Assembly (NCBI GenBank): GCA_041572275.1 | Contig: JBFFSQ010000003.1 | Coordinates: 1 to 37,296, forward strand | DNA length: 37,296 nt | Source of the DNA: Gammaproteobacteria bacterium | Lineage (GTDB): Bacteria > Pseudomonadota > Gammaproteobacteria > SZUA-229 | Reading direction: 5' to 3' | Part shown: positions 1-6,530 of the stretch, piece after piece | Numbering within the stretch: position 1 is the stretch's first letter | Layout: each line of letters opens with the position of its first letter | Program-made: the position numbers and the translations under genes | Notes under the pieces: model-generated | The model's input: only the letters and a program-made list of their open reading frames with translations | Databases searched by the model: none | Told to the model about the DNA's origin: nothing

Positions 1-77
1 GAATATCCGGCTTCATCAAGTAGCATGGCCGTAGTATTTTGATGTTCTATATTGTCATGAACCAGTGCAATATTCAT
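1..77 (-). CDS. Partial CDS (N-terminus only, runs off the left edge); possibly a response-regulator receiver domain
   Basis: A minus-strand ATG at 77-75 opens a frame that stays open to position 1 (MNIALVHDNIEHQNTTAMLLDEAGY...). The pattern resembles the beta1/alpha1 start of CheY-like receivers. Only 25 codons are visible and the SD is weak. Confidence 0.3.
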   Translation of the reverse strand, partial: MNIALVHDNIEHQNTTAMLLDEAGY

Positions 78-340
78 TGTCTCAATCCGATTAAAAAATG
101 CCATCCCTGGCTTAAGTTCCACGGGGGGAATGTCTAAAGGTTAAGGTACATAATGGATACCTGCGCTATTGAATCCATGATAGGCCTGTTTCCATATATG
201 CTAGTTGAGCAATTAATATGCCAGTAAATAAGGCGGGTTTTAGAGGGTTGGAAAAGGAAAAGCGGGCGAAAAATGTGCAACTGATAATTAGTTTGTGCAT
301 TAACTGTGCAGATGAAAAAAAGAGTGTGTGGTGATGAAAT

Positions 341-372
341 AAAAAATAGCCGGGTGACCCGGCTATTTTTAT
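341..372 (-). terminator. Rho-independent terminator after the globin gene (end of the redox operon)
   Basis: Stem tagccggg/cccggcta (347-354 / 358-365). On the minus strand it is followed by a T-run (complement of the A-run at 341-346). It lies about 30 nt downstream of the stop at 397. Confidence 0.8.
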
Positions 373-396
373 TGTCGTCCGTGTGTAGGTTAAGAA

Positions 397-813
397 TCAG
401 GCAGCCTGTTCAGCGGCGGCTGCTTTCATCGTGTCTGCAACCAGAGTGTAAACGGTTGTCCAGGCAGCCTCCACTTCTTCAGTGAAGGCATCTTTCAGTC
501 CTGCGCCCAGCGTCCAGATCAACGCTGCACCGACCGTGTCATAATCTTCATCTTTTACGCCATAATCGACATGACGTTTACCCATGTCTTGTAAGGCGGG
601 GACGATGGCTTCGACATTATCCAGTGCGTTAACAGCGGTATTTAAAATAGCCATTAATTTACGCCCCTGCTCTTTCATGTCACCTTTAAACATGGATTTA
701 ACTTGTGGATCCAGTTCAAATAGTTTGCCATAGAAAAGCTCAGCTGCTGTTTCTGATATCGGAAGGACCTTGGCCCATGATTCTTTAACCAGTGTAATTT
801 GTTCGGGTGTCAT
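397..813 (-). CDS. Single-domain globin (3-on-3 bacterial haemoglobin; no reductase domain, no signal peptide)
   Basis: 138 aa. Motifs align by eye with the Vitreoscilla Hb / flavohaemoglobin globin domain: ELFYGKLF (Tyr at B10), KEQGRKLMA (Gln at E7), GKRHVDYGV (proximal His F8). It starts 35 nt after the upstream gene. Confidence 0.85.
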   Translation of the reverse strand: MTPEQITLVKESWAKVLPISETAAELFYGKLFELDPQVKSMFKGDMKEQGRKLMAILNTAVNALDNVEAIVPALQDMGKRHVDYGVKDEDYDTVGAALIWTLGAGLKDAFTEEVEAAWTTVYTLVADTMKAAAAEQAA

Positions 814-848
814 TAGTAATTTCCTCGTAAAAGTTAGAATAAATTGAA

Positions 849-1442
849 TTAGCCGTCGATGGGGATACGAATAACTACACCACCCATAACATCACCGATT
901 TTAAAATCGGTTTTGGGTGAGTCTTTGTGCTTGTTGTGACAGGAGACACAAACCGGGGCGACGCCAGTATCTGCGTAAATAGCAGTGAAGTAGTTCTGCC
1001 CCCCCAATTTCTCTTCGGTATAAAAGTTTTTGCCTTTATTCTTGGCAATAAATTCCAGGCCCTCTTTTTCAGCGGGGGTTTTCGGGGCATTTTGCTTGTT
1101 GATAGGCCAGATCGACTGCAATGAGTAGCTGAAATTAACATCTGGATTACTGGCTATACGCTTGGCAACATGCTCAGCACCCATGCGGAACATCTGCGCG
1201 GGTAAGGGTAGTGCTTTATCATCGTCAAAATACTCACTGGCTTTAATCACTTTTTCTTTTTTTACCAGGCGGTTAACTACTTTGCGGGTGTAAATAGAGC
1301 GGTCAGAATCAACAACGGTGTGCAGGGCATCAGCCATAGCTTTAACGGGCACCTTGTTTTCACCAATTGCATATGCTGATGTAGCAAGCAGGTTGGCAGA
1401 TAGAATTGTGCTTAATACAAGTACAGGTTTGGATGGTTTCAT
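849..1442 (-). CDS. Secreted DUF3365 (Tll0287-like) c-type haem protein
   Basis: 197 aa. Signal peptide MKPSKPVLVLSTILSANLLATSAYA. Single CxxCH (CVSCH) near the C-terminus in the DUF3365 context ...YFTAIYADTGVAPVCVSCH...GDVMGGVVIRIP. Confidence 0.8.
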   Translation of the reverse strand: MKPSKPVLVLSTILSANLLATSAYAIGENKVPVKAMADALHTVVDSDRSIYTRKVVNRLVKKEKVIKASEYFDDDKALPLPAQMFRMGAEHVAKRIASNPDVNFSYSLQSIWPINKQNAPKTPAEKEGLEFIAKNKGKNFYTEEKLGGQNYFTAIYADTGVAPVCVSCHNKHKDSPKTDFKIGDVMGGVVIRIPIDG

Positions 1443-1490
1443 AAAACTAACTCCTGGTGGTCGGGTTTGAATTTAGATGGGTTAATTTGT

Positions 1491-2891
1491 TTAGTCATCA
1501 GACTGTTCTCCAGTGCTATGGCGTAGATGTTCACGTTTGGCCATATCCATAGACTGAATATGAAGTGTGGGCTTGCCCTGAAAGTTGTTGTTGATCAGCT
1601 TGTCGTCGGCAAGCGCATCAATAGAAAACTCAAGGCCATGACATTGCATACAAACGGGGCGTAGCATTTTGGTATTGGGTTTAAGGCTGGCGCTTTGATT
1701 GTGTTGAACCATGATGCGATTAAGCCATTCACTGACATCGTAGCTCGCCCGGGGCATGTGGCAGCTTGCACAGGAGACACCACTGCCAGCCGGTAGCTGG
1801 CCAGACTGTTCCTGCTGCCAGGCTGCATAATGGGCGGACTGTTTATAGGCCAGGCTGTGTTCATCATTGTGGCAAGATAGGCATTGTTCGACGGCAGCAT
1901 CGACCAGATCGTAGCTATGGGCAGGATGACAACTGTTGCACTGCAGTTCCGTACCATGGGACTCGGCTTTCATCGGCAGGCGCGCCAGTGCCGGTGTCAT
2001 TGCCGGTAGGCCAACCTGTAGGCGCATGCCGTGTTTGCCGCGTTTAAAGTGTTTTACTTCGGCACCGTGACATTGAGTGCAGGCATTTAGTTCAGGCTGG
2101 TTAGTCCAGTTGGCTGCGCCACCATCTTCATTGAGAGGGATATGACAGGCGCTGCAATTGGCACCCATTTTGGCGTGAGCTGAGCGAGCCCAGTCCTGTT
2201 TGATTTGATCTGAAGTCTCGACCGTTAGTGGTTTATCAATATCACTCAGGCTCAATGCCTGCACGGGATAACGATCATGGGGGTAGTTCGCTACCTCATC
2301 CAGTACGTCAGCAAACACACGTTTGGGTAGAGTTCTGGAGCTCAGTAATTCGGGTTCATCACGATGCTTGATCAGGAAATCGGTATAGAGAGCACGATTG
2401 TTGTGATAGTTGTGGCAACCGGCACTGGCACAAGTATCGAAGGCCATGCCCTCATGGCTGGGTCGTTCGTCGGCTATACCGGCATGGCAATGAACACAGA
2501 AATCCCGCGCCTGGGTTAAGCCATTTTTCTGGGTAATCGCAGGCTGGTGTTCACTGTGACAGCTGATGCAGTTAAGGGCGTTAATTTTGACCAGTCGATC
2601 AGCGTTTCTAGGGTCCTTGAATTTACTCCTGGGATGAGAATCAAATGGCTTTTGACGGTTATCACCATGACATTCGATACAACTTTCAAGAATTTGATCC
2701 TGATTATCATAAGCATTCTTGTGACAACTGTCACAGCTCATACCAATCTGATGATGGCCATTGCTCAGCTCGCCAGGCATAAAAACAGTTTTGTCATTGT
2801 CGAACCACAACTTGTGACTGAAGTAAGCCAGGCTGATTAGGATAAGAAGGGTCCAGATTAACCAGTAGGTTTTGTTATCAGAAGTGAACAT
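1491..2891 (-). CDS. Membrane-anchored multihaem cytochrome c (10 CxxCH + 1 CxxxxCH)
   Basis: Haem motifs CDSCH, CIECH, CISCH, CVHCH, CASAGCH, CSACH, CTQCH, CNSCH, CLSCH, CASCH and CMQCH. N-terminal TM helix YWLIWTLLILISLAYF. I prefer the ATG at 2891 (MFTSDNK...), 2 nt after the upstream stop, over the ORF-track start at 2948, which overlaps the upstream gene. Confidence 0.85.
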   Translation of the reverse strand: MFTSDNKTYWLIWTLLILISLAYFSHKLWFDNDKTVFMPGELSNGHHQIGMSCDSCHKNAYDNQDQILESCIECHGDNRQKPFDSHPRSKFKDPRNADRLVKINALNCISCHSEHQPAITQKNGLTQARDFCVHCHAGIADERPSHEGMAFDTCASAGCHNYHNNRALYTDFLIKHRDEPELLSSRTLPKRVFADVLDEVANYPHDRYPVQALSLSDIDKPLTVETSDQIKQDWARSAHAKMGANCSACHIPLNEDGGAANWTNQPELNACTQCHGAEVKHFKRGKHGMRLQVGLPAMTPALARLPMKAESHGTELQCNSCHPAHSYDLVDAAVEQCLSCHNDEHSLAYKQSAHYAAWQQEQSGQLPAGSGVSCASCHMPRASYDVSEWLNRIMVQHNQSASLKPNTKMLRPVCMQCHGLEFSIDALADDKLINNNFQGKPTLHIQSMDMAKREHLRHSTGEQSDD

Positions 2892-2893
2892 AA

Positions 2894-4873
2894 TTAAAAG
2901 TAATATGTCTTCAGTATATGGAAGCCGAGTAGTGCCGGTAATGGCCATAAAATGAGAATGTGGCTCCAGGTGGAAAATTGTCGCAGTCGTTTTGACATCT
3001 GCCGTGACAGTTGGTGTTCACTGGCAATGGCGATGCCGGCAATTGCACCGGTAAATAGCAGACTACTGAAGGTAAGCATCAGGTACAGGTTTAGGTTGTC
3101 TCCAAAGCGGAAACCGGTATGGGCAAACAGGATAAAGATAACCAGTAGTGCAATGACAGTATGGGCAACTCGCCAGTCTGCATAATCTCCTAGTTGATGC
3201 AGTTTACGTGTGCGTTTTTTGATTGAGAGCACGGATATAATGAGAGCAAATACAAGGATGCCAAAGCCACTGATTTGTTTGAATAGGCTGGTACGCCAGA
3301 ATGTGTCCAGGCTGATGGACTGTACTGATGCGGCATAATCCATACCGGGAAAGGAAAAAATAGTTAATGCAATGAGAATGCTGATTAAAGAACTCAGCAA
3401 CAATAGATGAGAGCCTTTTACCGGTTCAGGTGTCGATTCTGAATTGGCAAAGTCTATGAGTAAGGGTTTGCATGAGCCGCAGACAGTCGAAGCACCGGTG
3501 ATACGTGCAAGGTCTATAACTGACTCTGCACCAGATTGTTGTGCCTGGCTGAGCTGGCCCCGGGTGACTCCGGTACAGTTGCAAACGGTAGCCGTTGCTG
3601 GCCATTCACAGATATTGTCATGAGTCTTGTCAGGCCAGAGGTAGCCATGTTGTTTGAAGCGTCTGATCTGCCAGGGCCAGACACGTTGTTTACGGGCAAT
3701 GGCTTCACGTAATCGATTGATACCCTGCATTTCACCAACAGCAATGGCACCCTGGAGCCGACCATTGATGATGATGAGTTTACGATAAATATGCTGGCCA
3801 CTGTCATGGAAAATGGCGAGTTCTCTGGAACGTGCTGATTCGCCAGTGTTGCCCATACTAAAAACAGGATAGTCAATTACTTTCAGGTTGGTTGCGGTAA
3901 TGCTGCCCAGATATTGTGCCTGTTTACCGTTAATTCGATGCGCACAAACTGCAGCCTGTTCATAACCGGGGGAGACCAGGCCATAAATCTGATTGTTGTG
4001 TTCAGCGCACTCACCAATGGCAAAGATATTCTGGTCGTTCGTTTGCAACTGGTTGTTAACACGAATGCCTCGGCCAATTTTAATACCGGAATTTCGTATC
4101 AGTTCAATATTAGGTTCAATGCCAGTAGCGATGATCAAGGTATCGCACTCAATAACTTCATCGTTACCTAGCAGGACAGCTGCCACTTTGTCGTCGCCAA
4201 TAATACGCTTAACCGGGCTGTTTAAGCGTATGTTGATACCTGACTGTTCAAGCTGGTACTTTAAGTAGCTACCTGCGTGTTGGTCGAGTTGTCTGAACAA
4301 TAGCCACATGCTGTGTTCGATAACCGTTACCTGTGTGTTGAAGCGCTGCATGGCCCGAGCGGCCTCAAGGCCCAGGAGACCACCGCCAATGACCACTGTG
4401 TGTCGAGTACGGGTGCTACGACTCATTAAGGTCTGCGCATCATTCAGATTGCGTAAGGTAAAGATATTTTTGAGTGCAATACCTTCGATATTTGGGATAT
4501 GTGGACGTGAGCCTGTTGCCAGAATCAGTTGTTTATAACTGTGAGTGATACCCTGGCTATCGGTGACTTCTTTCGAATAGCGATTGATATCAATAATAGG
4601 ATTATTAAAGAAGGTATTGATATTGGGTTTATGTAATATATCCAGGCTGTTATAAAGTGATGCGTGTTTTACTTCACCGGCCACAAGGGCGGAGAGCTGG
4701 ATTCGGTTATAGGGCTCCCAGGGCTCAGCACCAAAAATTGCAATGCGGGTATCTGGGTTTAACTGACATAATTCATAGACTGCACGGACACCTACAGGGC
4801 CAGAGCCGATAATGATAATATCGTGTGCCTGTTTCACAAATGTGTTATCGATTGTCAGTGTTTCAGCCAACAT
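2894..4873 (-). CDS. NAD(P)H/FAD oxidoreductase (NirB N-terminal-like) fused to a BFD-type [2Fe-2S] domain and a 5-TM four-histidine membrane domain
   Basis: 659 aa. Two Rossmann motifs (IIIIGSGPVG, VVIGGGLLGLE). C431-x-C433...C465-x2-C468 (CNCTGVTRGQL...CGSCKP). Five hydrophobic helices lie between residues about 488 and 659, with H571/H585 in helix 3 and H638/H652 in helix 5. Confidence 0.85.
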   Translation of the reverse strand: MLAETLTIDNTFVKQAHDIIIIGSGPVGVRAVYELCQLNPDTRIAIFGAEPWEPYNRIQLSALVAGEVKHASLYNSLDILHKPNINTFFNNPIIDINRYSKEVTDSQGITHSYKQLILATGSRPHIPNIEGIALKNIFTLRNLNDAQTLMSRSTRTRHTVVIGGGLLGLEAARAMQRFNTQVTVIEHSMWLLFRQLDQHAGSYLKYQLEQSGINIRLNSPVKRIIGDDKVAAVLLGNDEVIECDTLIIATGIEPNIELIRNSGIKIGRGIRVNNQLQTNDQNIFAIGECAEHNNQIYGLVSPGYEQAAVCAHRINGKQAQYLGSITATNLKVIDYPVFSMGNTGESARSRELAIFHDSGQHIYRKLIIINGRLQGAIAVGEMQGINRLREAIARKQRVWPWQIRRFKQHGYLWPDKTHDNICEWPATATVCNCTGVTRGQLSQAQQSGAESVIDLARITGASTVCGSCKPLLIDFANSESTPEPVKGSHLLLLSSLISILIALTIFSFPGMDYAASVQSISLDTFWRTSLFKQISGFGILVFALIISVLSIKKRTRKLHQLGDYADWRVAHTVIALLVIFILFAHTGFRFGDNLNLYLMLTFSSLLFTGAIAGIAIASEHQLSRQMSKRLRQFSTWSHILILWPLPALLGFHILKTYYF

Positions 4874-4882
4874 AAACTATCC

Positions 4883-4928
4883 AAAAAAAACGCCATGAAA
4901 AGAAACCAGCCAGTTTCTTTTCATGGCG
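4883..4928 (-). terminator. Strong intrinsic terminator-like hairpin 10 nt upstream of the flavoprotein start codon (possible attenuator or sRNA terminator)
   Basis: Perfect 16-bp stem (cgccatgaaaagaaac at 4891-4906 / gtttcttttcatggcg at 4913-4928) with a 6-nt loop. On the minus strand it is followed by T8 (complement of 4883-4890). The ATG is at 4873. Confidence 0.75.
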
Positions 4929-5210
4929 CCGTTGCCATATAAATTAACTTAGTGATTTATTAGCAGCATGTATGCCAATTGAATAAAATGATAACAAAAC
5001 ACAGTAAACATCAGTGTTTGCGTAGGTGTGGTTAACTGGTGGGGTGTGTTAATGATGGAGCTGTTGTCCAGTGTTGCACTAGAATAGACCCTCATTGCAC
5101 AGTTACTGAACAATATGTGCTAAACAATGCACAATGAACAAACTTAAGTATTCACTGAATACAGGCTGAAGAGCACTTGCTGCTATCGGGTGGCAACAAT
5201 GTCATAGGTG

Positions 5211-5242
5211 AAAAACGCGCGCATAATGATGTTTTGCGCGCG
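5211..5242 (-). terminator. Rho-independent terminator of the second globin gene
   Basis: 7-bp all-GC stem (cgcgcgc 5216-5222 / gcgcgcg 5236-5242) with a 13-nt loop. A T5 run follows on the minus strand (complement of 5211-5215). It lies about 60 nt downstream of the stop at 5300. Confidence 0.7.
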
Positions 5243-5299
5243 AGTGGGGATAAGTATCCTCCATAATCTGGAAATGATTATAGAGGGTAAAGTTCAATA

Positions 5300-5710
5300 T
5301 CAGGCTTCGGCTGCTGCTGATTTCATGGTGCCAGCGACCAGACTATAGGTTTCCAGCCATGCCGATTTGACATCATTAGTGAAGTTTTCTTGCAGGCCCT
5401 GCTCCAGGGTCCAGATCAGAGCAGATCCTACAGTGTCATAGTGTTCATTTTTAACGCCGTAATCGAGATGACGTTTACCCATTTGTGCCAAAACTGGAGT
5501 CAATGTGTCCAGTTTATCGATAGAATTCACGGCAATATTTAAAGTCGCCATCAGTTTCTGTCCCTGTTCCTGCATGTTGCCTTTGAATAGCGGCCTGACT
5601 TCAGGATCGAGTTCAAACAGTTTGTCGTAAAAAAGTTCAGCAGCTTTGTCTGCAATAGGCACTACCTGGGCCCATGAGTCTTTAACAAGCTGAATCTGTT
5701 CGGGTGTCAT
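5300..5710 (-). CDS. Single-domain globin, paralogue of the 397-813 gene
   Basis: MTPEQIQLVKDSWAQV... is colinear with the other globin and shows the same FY.KLF / EQG.KLMA / GKRH.DYGV motifs. I prefer the ATG at 5710; the track start at 5779 adds 23 non-homologous residues. Confidence 0.85.
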   Translation of the reverse strand: MTPEQIQLVKDSWAQVVPIADKAAELFYDKLFELDPEVRPLFKGNMQEQGQKLMATLNIAVNSIDKLDTLTPVLAQMGKRHLDYGVKNEHYDTVGSALIWTLEQGLQENFTNDVKSAWLETYSLVAGTMKSAAAEA

Positions 5711-6016
5711 ATTGCATTTCTCAAATGTTTGGTTGAAATGTGATATTAATTTGTAGCTAAATTTGTGTGCTGTAATCAATATTGCTTTAAGGTGAGTGAG
5801 GCATAAAAGCTATAGTTATATTGGCATTCAGTACGGTTTATTTATGATAGGCATAAATGCATCGAATTTGATCCAATAGTTTATCAGGGGTTTATCGACT
5901 ATTTTTTTCAAGTCTATAAGCTGTAATGAATGTAGATTCTAAAAGGCACGCTGATCAAACCAGTCTATTGATATGTGTTGTTTATCTAAGAGGCGTTCAT
6001 GCCATTGTCAGGGGTA

Positions 6017-6433
6017 TCAGTCTCTTCTAAAGGGTAAGACATCAGCTTTTTCATCATTTATGATTTCGGAAAGTTGCTCGCCCAGCATTAAATCCATGGC
6101 TTCCAGTGTGCGTCTGAGAATCATACTGGCAGCAAAGTGAAATATACGAACTTCGCATTGAATGGCCTCTTGTAGTGAGTCACGGCCTTCGATTTGAAAG
6201 TCGGTCCAGGCAAGAATAGGAAAGTCATTCAATGCTCTGTCAACAACAATCCATGCATCCTTTTGCAGTATTAGATCCAGGTGTTTTAATTTGGGTATAG
6301 GAAATCGTATTTGTCTGCCAAATCTTTTTAAAGCGATTTGAACTTCGTTGTAATAAACAGCCTCAACCTTTCCTTCACGGTTATGAAGTAAAGGGACTTC
6401 GTTATGTCGAGTATAGAGCTGTGTAGGATTCAA
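6017..6433 (-). CDS. Hypothetical protein (138 aa), no recognisable domain
   Basis: Clean ORF downstream of the cbbO terminator on the same strand. No signal peptide, TM helix or motif that I can name. Confidence 0.55.
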   Translation of the reverse strand: MNPTQLYTRHNEVPLLHNREGKVEAVYYNEVQIALKRFGRQIRFPIPKLKHLDLILQKDAWIVVDRALNDFPILAWTDFQIEGRDSLQEAIQCEVRIFHFAASMILRRTLEAMDLMLGEQLSEIINDEKADVLPFRRD

Positions 6434-6480
6434 TGGTTTCCACCCGGTAAAGCTTTACTCTTATTGTAATACAGTGAGCA

Positions 6481-6516
6481 TAAAAAAAAGCCCGATTTTA
6501 AGTCGGGCTTTTTTAA
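6481..6516 (-). terminator. Rho-independent terminator after cbbO
   Basis: Stem aagcccga/tcgggctt flanked by an A-run (6482-6489) and a T-run (6509-6514). On the minus strand the hairpin is followed by T8. It lies about 15 nt after the cbbO stop. Confidence 0.85.
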
Positions 6517-6530
6517 AAGAGCTGAAGTCT

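Noticed and set aside
5711-5735. Inverted repeat GCATTT-ctc-AAATGT just upstream of the globin 2 ATG, reminiscent of an NsrR half-site pair
   Set aside because: The spacing is 3 nt, not the single nucleotide of the 11-1-11 NsrR site. Only 5-6 nt per arm match, and the element overlaps the ribosome-binding region rather than a promoter.
5711-5779. N-terminal extensions proposed by the longest-ORF track (also 2892-2948, 12208-12231, 16472-16498, 22727-22795, 31229-31261, 32966-32989, 34090-34107)
   Set aside because: In each case an internal ATG coincides with the start of homology, a signal peptide or a good SD. The extension would overlap an upstream gene or add non-homologous residues.
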